From: Deinococcales bacterium
GTDB lineage: Bacteria > Deinococcota > Deinococci > Deinococcales > JAAFIG01
NCBI GenBank assembly: GCA_031414595.1
Contig: JANNVX010000031.1
Coordinates: 1 to 64,000, forward strand
DNA length: 64,000 bases
Reading direction: 5' to 3'
Below are positions 38,631-48,621 of this stretch, one piece after another; position 1 is the first letter of the stretch, and each line of letters starts with the position of its first letter. The position numbers were made by a program, and so were the translations under genes. The notes under the pieces were generated by a model, which was given only the letters and a program-made list of their open reading frames with translations, did not search any database and had not been told where the DNA came from.

Positions 38631-41325
38631 AAATCACGGTTAGCCCGCCGCCGTTGGTGTCCTCGAGCCGAATGCTGCCCCCGTTATGTTCAACAATCCG
38701 TTTGACCATCGCTAAACCAACCCCAGTCCCTTCAACGGCTGGGTTTAACCTCGAGAAAAGCTCCAAGGCTTTTTGGCGCAGATGCGAAGCAATGCCAATG
38801 CCGTTGTCACGCACCATAAATTCAAGGTGCTGATTTTTTTTCTTAAAGTCTAATTCAAGGATATTTTGACTGCTCATATCCATAAATTTAACCGCATTGC
38901 CAATCAGGTTACTAAAAATTTGGTATAAGCGTTCAGGTGCGTAACTGACCGTTGGAAACTGGCTGGGGCGTTTAACCTGAATTTGTTTTTCAGCAATTCG
39001 CCCCTCGAGTTCATTCAATACCGTTTGAATGGTTTGGGTAACATCAACTTCATCCATACTTTCGTTAATTCGCCCAACCCTCGAAAGCTCGAGTAACCCA
39101 TTAACCAGTGCCGTCATGGTTTGCACATTGGCGCGTAAGCGGGTCACAAAAAACTCAAGTTCGTTGTATTCCTGGCTGGCAAGGCTTTCTTCAAGCAGCA
39201 CACTCATGCCTTCCATAGACACCATTGGGCTTTTAAGGTCATGCGAAACACTGTAGACAAAGGCTTCCATCTCGGCACTTTTGGCTTCTAAGGCACGGCT
39301 TTTTTCTTCTAGGGCGGTTGCCTTTGTCTCGAGTAATTCGCGGTTTTCGGCGCGTTCTAAGGCTAATCCGATGGTGGCAGCCGCCTGCGCCATCAGTTTC
39401 ATTTCGCTCGGCATCCATGCGCCAGCTAAGGGGTCGCGCCCGACCGATAAAATGGCGAGTACCCTCCCACGAGAATTACTGATTGGTTCAAGTCCAACAC
39501 TGACTTGGCGGTTTGACAGTTCTTTGACATCTGGGTCTATATAAACCGTGTGATAGAACGGGTCGCCTGTTTCATAAATTCCCTTAGAGATTCTGGTGGT
39601 TTCGATGTTTACTCCGGGACTGCGAAAATAACCATCGTATAAATCGGGCAGTTCACCCCAAACACCCATTGAACGCAAAAAAACCCCATCGGTTCTGGTC
39701 TCTATCCGCAGGGTAATGACATTGACCGCATTCAAACTTGGCGCAAGTAATTTCATCGCAAATTCTGCTACTTCTTCGCCTGTTTGGGCTACTTGAAGCG
39801 CATCGGATAAGCGCGATAAAACCTCGGCACGTTGCTTGGCACGCAGTAATTCCTCGCGCACTTCGGCTCGCTCTAAAGCCAGACCAACTGTGGCGGCGGC
39901 TCGAGCCAGCAATTCTTTTTCGCTGCTGCGCCAAGCCCCTAAACTCGAGTCGCGCCCGACCGAAATTAAAGCAATCACTTGCCCTGCCAAGTTCCGCACA
40001 GGCTCAATGCCTAGCGCGATACTTTCGCCTGTTTGTCGTCGCGTATAACTGTTTTCGTAATGGGCGCGGTTTTGTTCGACCACCAAACGGGTCATGGTGG
40101 TTTTCTCGAGTGGTAAGCCGGGGGCAGTAAAATGATTGCCGTAAGTTTCGGGGACATGCCCCCATGCCCCCATGCCACGCACCATAATCTGCTGTGGTTC
40201 ACGCACCACCCGCAAAGAAAAAATGTTGTCAGCCCGTAAACTCGGAGCAAGTAAACGCATCGCAATATGTGCCACTTCATCGGCGGTTTGGGCGGTTTGC
40301 AGGGCGTCGGATAACCCTGCCAGCAACTCAGCGCGGACTCGAGCCTCAAAAAGGGCTTCGGCAACCCGTAAACGCTCTAAGGCTGCGCCAATCATCCGTC
40401 CTGAAGCCCCTAATAAATGCCGTTCGGCTTGGGTCCAATTGGCTGCTTGAGCGCGGCGTAGTGCCAATAATGCCATGCCATTGGGCAAGGGCAGAACACT
40501 TAGCGCCGTGATTCCAACTTTTGAAAAACGTCCTTCTTGGGCTGGCAACGTATCAAAAAAAGCATTGCTGCCCGATAAAACCGCCTCGAGCAGAACCGCA
40601 TCATCGGATTCTTGGCTACTGGTCAGGGTTTGGGCTAAACCCTCATGTCCATTAAACTCCAAAATCTCGAGCCGCTCGGTTTTGAGTTCGGCAAAACACA
40701 AACTGACCCCAGCCAAATGCGGACGCAGTGTCTCGAGTGCCGAACGCCGCAAATTTGATTCGTTCGGCACACTCTCGAGTAAACGCATCAGCCCAGAAAG
40801 CGCCACAATTTCGGCATTGTTGGTGGGCGGCGGCGCAAGTTGCCTATCCACACAAACCGCCATAATTCGTGCCATTGCCACCAGCACATGCTGTTCGGGC
40901 AGGACAAAACCAGTTTGTTGTTGCCGTGTAACCGCCAACACACCACGCACCGTGCCATGTGTTCCAGACAAAGGCAGCAATGCCAAAGCCGAGCCGCTTA
41001 GTGTTTCAAAACCATGTGGTGTTCCCAGCCCACCGACCGAAAAAGTCAATGCCACCCCAGCCTCGAGCGAAGTCCACCAATGGCTACGCCCTTGCACGGG
41101 CAAATGACTTAAAACAGCTTGGTGCTGGTACTGAGCGGCGGCAATTGGACGCAATTCATCGGCAGCAAAAACATACAGTGCCATGGCTTGTAAATCCAAA
41201 GTCTCGGCTAAACCTGATAATGTTTCCTCGAGCAGTAAACCCAAAGGTGGATTAGAAATCAGTAAGCCCGTAAAACGCTCCAACGCACTGGCAGGTAAGC
41301 GCAAGAACATTTCATCTGGGGTCAT
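38560..41325 (-). CDS. Multi-GAF sensor histidine kinase
   Basis: Repeated GAF-like units; SHDLKSP H-box, NLIGNAVKF, DNGIG, GTGVGL. Confidence 0.92.
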   Translation of the reverse strand: MTPDEMFLRLPASALERFTGLLISNPPLGLLLEETLSGLAETLDLQAMALYVFAADELRPIAAAQYQHQAVLSHLPVQGRSHWWTSLEAGVALTFSVGGLGTPHGFETLSGSALALLPLSGTHGTVRGVLAVTRQQQTGFVLPEQHVLVAMARIMAVCVDRQLAPPPTNNAEIVALSGLMRLLESVPNESNLRRSALETLRPHLAGVSLCFAELKTERLEILEFNGHEGLAQTLTSSQESDDAVLLEAVLSGSNAFFDTLPAQEGRFSKVGITALSVLPLPNGMALLALRRAQAANWTQAERHLLGASGRMIGAALERLRVAEALFEARVRAELLAGLSDALQTAQTADEVAHIAMRLLAPSLRADNIFSLRVVREPQQIMVRGMGAWGHVPETYGNHFTAPGLPLEKTTMTRLVVEQNRAHYENSYTRRQTGESIALGIEPVRNLAGQVIALISVGRDSSLGAWRSSEKELLARAAATVGLALERAEVREELLRAKQRAEVLSRLSDALQVAQTGEEVAEFAMKLLAPSLNAVNVITLRIETRTDGVFLRSMGVWGELPDLYDGYFRSPGVNIETTRISKGIYETGDPFYHTVYIDPDVKELSNRQVSVGLEPISNSRGRVLAILSVGRDPLAGAWMPSEMKLMAQAAATIGLALERAENRELLETKATALEEKSRALEAKSAEMEAFVYSVSHDLKSPMVSMEGMSVLLEESLASQEYNELEFFVTRLRANVQTMTALVNGLLELSRVGRINESMDEVDVTQTIQTVLNELEGRIAEKQIQVKRPSQFPTVSYAPERLYQIFSNLIGNAVKFMDMSSQNILELDFKKKNQHLEFMVRDNGIGIASHLRQKALELFSRLNPAVEGTGVGLAMVKRIVEHNGGSIRLEDTNGGGLTVIFTLPLERVLEFPALPPIPVNPPQ

Positions 41326-41362
41326 ACAGCACCTCGTCTGGGGTCATGTAGTACAGACTAAC

Positions 41363-41394
41363 AAAAAAGGGGCTGCCAATCGCAGCCCTCTTTT
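41363..41394 (-). terminator. Intrinsic terminator
   Basis: AAAAAAGGGGCTGC ... GCAGCCCTCTTTT. Confidence 0.8.
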
Positions 41395-41407
41395 AATTAC
41401 TAAATTT

Positions 41408-41944
41408 TTAGCGTGTCACAACTACAAAAGTATCTTTTAAGTCACGCAATTCAACAGGATAAGGGCTTAAATAGGCATTGCTGGTATCTTCAAAAAACGA
41501 AATACCAGAACCGCGCAAAAACGAAACATTGGTGTTTGGTTGCGGCGTAAAGAAGGCTCTGGCTCGAGTCACACCAGTTGGTTCAGATGCCACGACTTCG
41601 TTGCTGTTCGGAATTAAATTTAAGCCTGTTTGTACCGCGATGTTGCGGATTTCATAATCGGGCAAAGAACCATCGTTATAAAATACCAAGGTCACAAAAC
41701 CGGGTCGGTTGACGCTCAATCGAAAAACAATGCTTTCTCCAACACGATAAGTTGCACCATTGCCACGGGTCGGTTGAAAATCTTGGATGATGTTCGACAC
41801 CACTGGACGCGGATTGGTGTTGGTAAAGACTGGCGTGGTTGGTGTCGGTGTTGGACGCACAGTTGTGGTTGGTCGGTCCGGTACAACAATAAAGCAACCC
41901 GAGAGGCTAAAAGTAAGTGCCGCCAAAATAAGAATTCGTTTCAC
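41408..41944 (-). CDS. Lipoprotein, DUF4384-like
   Basis: LSGC lipobox, Pro/Thr linker, RGNGATYRVGESIVF..VNRPGFVTL. Confidence 0.75.
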   Translation of the reverse strand: MKRILILAALTFSLSGCFIVVPDRPTTTVRPTPTPTTPVFTNTNPRPVVSNIIQDFQPTRGNGATYRVGESIVFRLSVNRPGFVTLVFYNDGSLPDYEIRNIAVQTGLNLIPNSNEVVASEPTGVTRARAFFTPQPNTNVSFLRGSGISFFEDTSNAYLSPYPVELRDLKDTFVVVTR

Positions 41945-42015
41945 ATTTAAGAGCTTAGCGCAAATTTCAAAACACATCGCCTTGGGTTAAGGATTGTTTA
42001 ACGCCTCATGAGACG

Positions 42016-42528
42016 CTAAGCCAAACCCAGCAAACGCAGCAACAAACCAAACGGCACAGCCATAAACAAAAAAGTCAGTAACGGCGCAAGAAGTACAGTC
42101 CGCCAAGCTGTAGCAGGATTTTGGGTCATGACCGACACGCCAATCCATACGGCTCGAGATGAGAAAAGCAATGCCAAGAGCATCAGAGCTGACCCTAAAC
42201 CCCTTGCCAAATCACCTAGAAACCACAAACCAATCATCAAGAGCATTGCTAAAAGCACAGCAATAAGCGAAAAACCCAGTACCTCGAGAATCCGCATTGT
42301 GCCAGACAAACCCCAAGCGCAAAGCAAAAAAACAACTAAGCCCACAGCATTAAAAATGAGGGAAGCCAATAAATCCTTTTCCGTTAATGCTCCAAGCAAA
42401 AACGGAATAAAACTGCTCAGGATAAAAAATAGAAACAATAAGAAACTTGGCATTGCCCACTGCATATTTTGGGATTTCAAACGCTCAAAAAAAACTTGGG
42501 GCTGTGTTAAGACTTCAAACAAGAACAT
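42016..42528 (-). CDS. Membrane protein (Yip1-like)
   Basis: LTQPQVFFE N-terminus and about five TM helices. Confidence 0.65.
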   Translation of the reverse strand: MFLFEVLTQPQVFFERLKSQNMQWAMPSFLLFLFFILSSFIPFLLGALTEKDLLASLIFNAVGLVVFLLCAWGLSGTMRILEVLGFSLIAVLLAMLLMIGLWFLGDLARGLGSALMLLALLFSSRAVWIGVSVMTQNPATAWRTVLLAPLLTFLFMAVPFGLLLRLLGLA

Positions 42529-42608
42529 CTGCCCATCTTAAAGGCTGTTTAGGCGAACAACAACGATTATGCACACCGATTTGCTGTGAACTCGAGTACA
42601 CTGGTTTT

Positions 42609-43724
42609 ATGAAACGACTGATTTATGCAGGTTTGACTATTTGTTTGTGTTTTTCTTTGGTTGCCGCTCAACGAATGAACAGCCTTGGCATTGTTTATAA
42701 CGCTGCCGATAAAATGGATCGGAGTTTTAATCAACGTGCCTTTGAAGGTGCAAATCGTGCCAGCATGGCGCACAACATTGGTTTACTCGAGTACCTACCA
42801 AGCAGCCCAGACAAAATCGAAGCTGGGGTCACAGAACTATCCGAGGCTGGCATGGGTCTGATTATTGCCGTGGGTTTTAGTTCCGAACCGGCAGTCACCA
42901 AAGTTGCTAAAAGTTTCCCACAAACCAAGTATGCGGTACTGGATTCCGTACCAACAGGTAAAAACACCCTCGGACTGGTATTTAGAGAAGAAGAAGGAAG
43001 TTATGTGGTTGGTTATGTTGCAGGTCGCAGCACCTCGACAGGGGTGGTGGGGTTTGTTGGTGGTATGGACATCCCGTTAATTCATAAATTTGAACTTGGC
43101 TTCGCGGCTGGAGTCAAAGCTGCCTGTCCAAACTGTAAGGTATTGGCAGAATACATTGGCAATGACCCATCGGCGTGGGGTAATCCGACTCGAGCCGGAC
43201 AAATCTCGGCTAACTTTGCCAAACAAGGCGCAGACATTATTTATGCGGCCGCGGGTGGGTCTGGCAATGGTGTGATTGACTATGTTAAAAAAACCAAATG
43301 CCTAAAAGCCAGTGGTTTACCCAAAAGCATCAAATTTCGCAGCACCAACATCAGCGCTAACGTACCCAAAGAAGCCACCTATGCTAAAACTTGTGGTACA
43401 AATTCACGCCCGATGTTTTTTATTGGTGTGGATTCTAACCAAAATTACTTAGGCGACAACGATGCCACACCGCGCACCATGAATTATGTGCTGACCAGCA
43501 TGGAAAAACGCTTAGACAATGTGGTTTATAAATTACTGACCGAGTTAAACACAGGTGGCGTGTGGAAATCGGGTGTCCGAGATTTCGGACTGCGCGAAGA
43601 AGGCGTGGGCTTCTCGGTGGATAGCTATAATAAAGCCTTGATTTCTAAAGATGTTCTGACCCAAGTTGGACGAATTAAATCCGATATTATCTCAGGCAAA
43701 ATTAAAATTCAAAAGACCAAATAA
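42609..43724 (+). CDS. BMP-family ABC substrate-binding protein
   Basis: DRSFNQ, FREEEGSY, GFVGGMDIPLI, AAAGGSG, IGVDSNQ, TSMEKR; leaderless ATG 42609. Confidence 0.92.
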   Translation: MKRLIYAGLTICLCFSLVAAQRMNSLGIVYNAADKMDRSFNQRAFEGANRASMAHNIGLLEYLPSSPDKIEAGVTELSEAGMGLIIAVGFSSEPAVTKVAKSFPQTKYAVLDSVPTGKNTLGLVFREEEGSYVVGYVAGRSTSTGVVGFVGGMDIPLIHKFELGFAAGVKAACPNCKVLAEYIGNDPSAWGNPTRAGQISANFAKQGADIIYAAAGGSGNGVIDYVKKTKCLKASGLPKSIKFRSTNISANVPKEATYAKTCGTNSRPMFFIGVDSNQNYLGDNDATPRTMNYVLTSMEKRLDNVVYKLLTELNTGGVWKSGVRDFGLREEGVGFSVDSYNKALISKDVLTQVGRIKSDIISGKIKIQKTK

Positions 43725-43728
43725 CCCG

Positions 43729-45915
43729 TTACGCTTTGTAAAGTTGCCGTACTGCACTCGAGAAACCTGTGTCATCGGCTAAACGATAAAACCGTAGAAA
43801 ACTTTGGATGCGGTACGCCTCGAGTTCGTGCTGACGCAACAATGCACTGGTTTGGTATGCCTCGAGTGTGCTAATCCCTTTAACCTGCTCGAGTAAGCGC
43901 TTAGCATTGGCGGGTGGCAGTGTGCCTTTTTTGGCTTGACTTTCAAAGGCTCGTAGCTGCTCGAGGGAGTAGTATTCATGATTTTGTATTTCCAGCAAAG
44001 TTTTTTCGGTCAAGGCAAAGCGAATTCTGGTATTGGCAAGAATCCAAGCCCCTAACAAACTTGCTTCGGGCATCGAAAAAAGCGTGATTGTTTCAGGTAA
44101 TTCTGGGATGTCGGTTGGTAAATCTGGGTAACGACTTTGCAAGAATTCGAGCGCGGCAGCACTGGCATAAATCGTGTTTGCTTCGGTTTTTAAGCGCTCC
44201 AACTCGGCTTTGGTGTCCACCCTTGGGTAGAGGAGACCAGAGTCAACATCGGTCTCGAGAATCCGCACCGCACTTTGATAACGCATTTTCTGGGTGGTGA
44301 ATTCTAAGCTCGAGCGCCCATTGAAAACATTGTCTTCTAAAGTCACGGCGGCATCTATCGCGTCGCCACTGGCAAATGGCACGCCAACCCCCCATTGCTT
44401 ACCTTTAATGCCAGCCACGCGGTACTGAAAATGCTTGCCTTCTTTGCCAAGTGTACCAACGGAATCTAGGTTCTCGCGCAACCAAAATAATGGGGCGCGG
44501 TGTCCTTGTCCAAACGGTTCTAGGCTTGCAAGTTGCTCAATCAGTTCGCGTGACACTTCGTTTGGGTGTAGCAGCGCGTCGGCAAGAATCGTTTCTTTGG
44601 GGTCTGGGCAGGTGCGGGCGTACTCGAGAATTTTATCGGTAAAGGCTGGAATGTTGTGGTCAAGCAGCGCAAAACCCCCAGCCTGAGAATGTCCGCCGTA
44701 CCGTTTTAGGGTGTCATGGGCATGGCGCAGTGCCAACACCGCACTGATTCCTTCGGTGCTGCGAACACTGCCTTTGCCCTCGGCAATAATAAATACGGGT
44801 TTATAGAACTGCTCGAGTAATTTAGAAGCCACAATGCCCATCACACCAGCGTGCCAACCAGCTTTGGTGACCACAATTGCGGGGGCTTCAGGGTCGCAGA
44901 GTGCCAATGCCTCTTCGTACATATCATCTTGAATACGTTTACGCTCGAGATTCCGCGCATCCAAGTAAGTCGCTAACGTCAATGCCCTGTTTGAATTATT
45001 GGTGGTCAGTAACTCAAGTGCCAAGTCTGCCTCGCCCAGCCGCCCCGCCGCATTGATTCGCGGCGCAATGATAAAGCCAACATCCATGGCAGTGGGATTG
45101 ATAATACTTTTTTGGCGTAGCATGGCTTGAATGCCAATCCATCTCGAGTGACCCATCTGTGCCAGCCCAGCCTTGACCAAAGCGCGGTTTTCGCCCAGTA
45201 ATGGGGCGAGGTCGGCAATTGTGCCAATCGCGGCGAGGTCGCTGTACTCGAGCGGCGGCGGTGCGCCAAATTCTCGGCACACCGCCCAAAGCAAATGAAA
45301 AGCCACGCCACTCCCCGTTAAAGCTGGTAAATCATGATGGTAATTAGGGGCAAGTGCTGGATGCACCACCAAGCAGCCGGGCAGTACCTTACCGGGGGCG
45401 TGATGGTCGGTGACAATGGCTTGTTTACCAGCCGCCACAATCGTTTCGATTTCGTCTAGGTTACTCACGCCGCAATCCACAGTAATAAATAAATCACAGG
45501 CTTGTATATGCTCACTTACTCGTTCGGGGTTAATGCCATAACCATCTAAAATTCGGTGCGGAATAAAAGCATGGGCATTGCCGCCAAGTTCATTCAAACC
45601 AGAGACGAGTAAGGCTGCCGCCGTCACACCATCAGCATCGTAATCTCCATGTACCCGAATACGCTGTTTACCCCGAATGGCGGTGCTAATAATTTTGGCT
45701 GCCTCGAGCAGCGCTGGGTTGGGGCTGAGTTCAAGCGGAGGCTCGAGGGCATCCACACTATGAATGCCCCTTGAGTACAAGACTGCCGCGAGTTTAGGCG
45801 ACAACCCAAGGGTTTTACTAAAAGCCTCGAGTGGAAAAAGTGGCGCAGGTAAACGCAAAGCCCACTGCACAGGACGGACTCTTAGACTGGGGATACTGGT
45901 GTTCGGCACGGTCAT
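43729..45915 (-). CDS. recJ: ssDNA exonuclease RecJ with C-terminal extension
   Basis: GDYDADG, TVDCG, TDHH, PRINAAGR, GGH, LEPFG. Confidence 0.96.
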   Translation of the reverse strand: MTVPNTSIPSLRVRPVQWALRLPAPLFPLEAFSKTLGLSPKLAAVLYSRGIHSVDALEPPLELSPNPALLEAAKIISTAIRGKQRIRVHGDYDADGVTAAALLVSGLNELGGNAHAFIPHRILDGYGINPERVSEHIQACDLFITVDCGVSNLDEIETIVAAGKQAIVTDHHAPGKVLPGCLVVHPALAPNYHHDLPALTGSGVAFHLLWAVCREFGAPPPLEYSDLAAIGTIADLAPLLGENRALVKAGLAQMGHSRWIGIQAMLRQKSIINPTAMDVGFIIAPRINAAGRLGEADLALELLTTNNSNRALTLATYLDARNLERKRIQDDMYEEALALCDPEAPAIVVTKAGWHAGVMGIVASKLLEQFYKPVFIIAEGKGSVRSTEGISAVLALRHAHDTLKRYGGHSQAGGFALLDHNIPAFTDKILEYARTCPDPKETILADALLHPNEVSRELIEQLASLEPFGQGHRAPLFWLRENLDSVGTLGKEGKHFQYRVAGIKGKQWGVGVPFASGDAIDAAVTLEDNVFNGRSSLEFTTQKMRYQSAVRILETDVDSGLLYPRVDTKAELERLKTEANTIYASAAALEFLQSRYPDLPTDIPELPETITLFSMPEASLLGAWILANTRIRFALTEKTLLEIQNHEYYSLEQLRAFESQAKKGTLPPANAKRLLEQVKGISTLEAYQTSALLRQHELEAYRIQSFLRFYRLADDTGFSSAVRQLYKA

Positions 45916-45958
45916 GAGGGTTTAATCTAACATGCTTTGAGTTATTGTATAATTTTGT

Positions 45959-46228
45959 ATGGCACAACCACACAAAATCGAACTGAAAACCATTTCTTCA
46001 AGCGGACAGATTTCTTTGGGTAAAGCTCATGCAGGAAAACACATTCAACTCGAGCAACTTGAGGATGGACGTTGGATGATTACGCCTGTACAAGTCATTC
46101 CAGAACACTTAAAATGGGCGCACACCCCAGAAGTGACAGCGCAACTCGAGCATTACTTAGCTTGGAAAGTCACCACGCCGCTAAAAGAAACTGACTTGGA
46201 TGCTTTTCTAAAAGAGTTTGTGAGTTAA
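45959..46228 (+). CDS. AbrB-like putative antitoxin
   Basis: KTISSSGQISLGK AbrB-like start; leaderless (TATAAT); TAATG coupling to the next gene. Confidence 0.7.
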   Translation: MAQPHKIELKTISSSGQISLGKAHAGKHIQLEQLEDGRWMITPVQVIPEHLKWAHTPEVTAQLEHYLAWKVTTPLKETDLDAFLKEFVS

Positions 46229-46512
46229 TGCCGCGCTTAAATTTGAATTATGACCCGTTTCAGCAACAATGGTTTGCCCTCGAGAAGAACGAGCAATTCG
46301 CTATTGTCAAAACCTTAAAGAAACTACGCCAACTGACTTGGCAAGAGGTTTATAGGGACAAAGGCTTAAATTGGGAATTGGCTCGAGAAGAACGTGGTGA
46401 GCGGTTCTACTCTATTCGAGTGACCAAAAAATTTCGGGCTTTGGTACAACGCGAAGGTGATTTTGTGATTTTTATTGGGCTGCATCCAGACCATGACAGT
46501 GCTTATGCTTAA
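46228..46512 (+). CDS. RelE-like putative toxin
   Basis: YSIRVTKKFRAL..., LHPDHDSAY; small basic protein. Confidence 0.7.
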   Translation: MPRLNLNYDPFQQQWFALEKNEQFAIVKTLKKLRQLTWQEVYRDKGLNWELAREERGERFYSIRVTKKFRALVQREGDFVIFIGLHPDHDSAYA

Positions 46513-46530
46513 ACAGAGTAGAATCGGTTT

Positions 46531-46959
46531 ATGGAAAAACTAGAATTATTTAGCGCAGCTTGGGCAGAACAGGCAAAAACAGCCATTCAAAGCAGTGTTG
46601 CCTATAAAAAAAGTGCTGCCACTTGGGAAGGCGCAATGGTCTTTACCCTCCAAGCCGACTCGAGTTTAGGTGTGCCAGACAACCAGAGTGTTTACTTTGA
46701 TTTACGGCATGGCGAATGCTTGGATGCTCGAGTTGCCACAGCTACTGATTTAGCCAGCGCTCCGTACATGATTAGTGCCGATGCGTTTACCTGGCAACAG
46801 GTGCTGAACAGCAAACTCGAGCCAATCGCAGGGCTATTACGCGGTAAACTGAAACTCAGCAAAGGCAGCATGGCGGTACTGGCAAGGTATGTGATGGCAG
46901 CCAAGGAAATGGTCAATTGTGCAGCTCGAGTGCCAACTCGTTTTCCAGGAGAACATTAG
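46531..46959 (+). CDS. SCP2 sterol-binding domain protein
   Basis: FSAAWA, AATWEG, LEPIAGLLRGKLKLSKG. Confidence 0.85.
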   Translation: MEKLELFSAAWAEQAKTAIQSSVAYKKSAATWEGAMVFTLQADSSLGVPDNQSVYFDLRHGECLDARVATATDLASAPYMISADAFTWQQVLNSKLEPIAGLLRGKLKLSKGSMAVLARYVMAAKEMVNCAARVPTRFPGEH

Positions 46960-47015
46960 GTGCTACGCCAAATAGCTGATTTCTCGAGACGTAAAAAACA
47001 TGCGATACTGCCCGA

Positions 47016-47804
47016 ATGCGCCTTTTTTGGGAAATCACAAAACGCGCCTTTGCTCGGCATTTAACTTACCGCACTGCCACCATCACAGGTTTAATCACCA
47101 ATCTGTTCTTTGGTTTGCTGCGTGCCAGTGTGCTGTTGGCGCTCCTTGGTAACTCGAGCAGCACAGGCGGTTGGAGCGCTCAGGACTTAGTGACCTATGT
47201 GGCTTTAACCCAAGCGATCATGATGGTGGTTTCTATTTTTGGTTGGTCTGAACTTATGAATACCGTCTACCGAGGTGAAATCGCGGCTGAACTACTTCGT
47301 CCGACCAGTTTGTACTTATTTTGGTTGGCTCAAGACATTGGGCGTGGCTTGACCGCGCTGGTCACTCGAGGCATCAGTATTATGCTGGTCTGTTATTTGG
47401 TTTTTGCGATTCGATTGCCGACTGATTTTTGGCACTGGATGACCGTTTTCCTGTCGCTCGCGCTTGCCATAGGCATCAGTTTTGCTTTTCGTTTTATCGT
47501 TAATTTAGCCGCTTTTTGGTCGCCAGATGCTCGGGGCATCGCCCGATTTGCCTTTATTGTGCTGGGCTTTGCCAGTGGTTTTTTGATGCCTTTGCGTTTC
47601 TTCCCAGATTGGTTACAGCAATTTCTTGCCCTCACGCCTTTTCCGCACATGATGAACTCAACTATAGAAATCTACATTGGCTCGAGTAACACCAAGCCGC
47701 TCGAGTTACTGGCACTCCAAGGCTTTTGGGCAATCGCGCTAACTTTAGTTGCCCAACTGATTTTGTCTCGAGCCACCCGCAGATTGGTGATTTTAGGTGG
47801 GTAG
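47016..47804 (+). CDS. ABC-2 family (DUF990) permease
   Basis: GEIAAELLRP, SGFLMPLRFFPDWL. Confidence 0.88.
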   Translation: MRLFWEITKRAFARHLTYRTATITGLITNLFFGLLRASVLLALLGNSSSTGGWSAQDLVTYVALTQAIMMVVSIFGWSELMNTVYRGEIAAELLRPTSLYLFWLAQDIGRGLTALVTRGISIMLVCYLVFAIRLPTDFWHWMTVFLSLALAIGISFAFRFIVNLAAFWSPDARGIARFAFIVLGFASGFLMPLRFFPDWLQQFLALTPFPHMMNSTIEIYIGSSNTKPLELLALQGFWAIALTLVAQLILSRATRRLVILGG

Positions 47805-47807
47805 GTC

Positions 47808-48620
47808 ATGATTTTTGATAATCTACGTTTGTACCATTTTTTATGGCTGGCACAACTACGCCAAACTTTGCAGTACCGTGTCTCTTTTATTTTGGATGTG
47901 CTAAGTACCAGTCTGGTGACAATCCTAGAATTTTCGGCTTTTGCCCTGATTTTCGCTAAGTTTCAGGGTTTGGGCGGTTGGTCGCTACCAGAAATCATGT
48001 TTTTGTATGGCATGGTTGAATTTGCCTTTGGTTTGACCGATATGGTTTTTGATGGTTTTGATTCGCCAACTTTTTCGGCACATATTCGTAAAGGCACACT
48101 TGACCAATTTTTGCTTCGTCCAGCCAACCTGATGATTCAGATTTTTGGTTCATCGTTATCGTTCCGGCGTATCGGACGGGTGATTCTCGGCGCAGGTATT
48201 TTTGGCTACGCACTTATCTATAATCCGCAAGTTTGGCATCTCGAGAAATTAATGTACTTACCTCTGGTGGTGCTGGGTATGAATTTGTACTTTGGGGCGC
48301 TTTTTTTGGTTGGGGCAAGCATCACCATTTTTACGGTGGACAGCACTGATGCGATGAACTTATTGACTTACGGCGGTAAGGACATGATGTCTTATCCCAT
48401 GAATATCTATGCCGATTGGTTACGGATAGTGTTCACTTTTTTGTTTCCAGTGGCGCTCTTAAATTACCATCCAGCCCTTTTTTTTCTGGGTAAGCCCGAC
48501 CCATTTGGTTTGCCTGATTTTATGCCTTTTCTTGCTCCTGTTGCGGGGTTAGTGATGTTTTTATTGGCGTTGCAATTTTGGAAATTTGGCTTAAAGCATT
48601 ATCAAAGTACAGGGAATTAA
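47808..48620 (+). CDS. ABC-2 family (DUF990) permease
   Basis: GGWSLPE, GTLDQFLLRP, YPMNIY, YQSTGN. Confidence 0.88.
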   Translation: MIFDNLRLYHFLWLAQLRQTLQYRVSFILDVLSTSLVTILEFSAFALIFAKFQGLGGWSLPEIMFLYGMVEFAFGLTDMVFDGFDSPTFSAHIRKGTLDQFLLRPANLMIQIFGSSLSFRRIGRVILGAGIFGYALIYNPQVWHLEKLMYLPLVVLGMNLYFGALFLVGASITIFTVDSTDAMNLLTYGGKDMMSYPMNIYADWLRIVFTFLFPVALLNYHPALFFLGKPDPFGLPDFMPFLAPVAGLVMFLLALQFWKFGLKHYQSTGN

Positions 48621-48621
48621 G

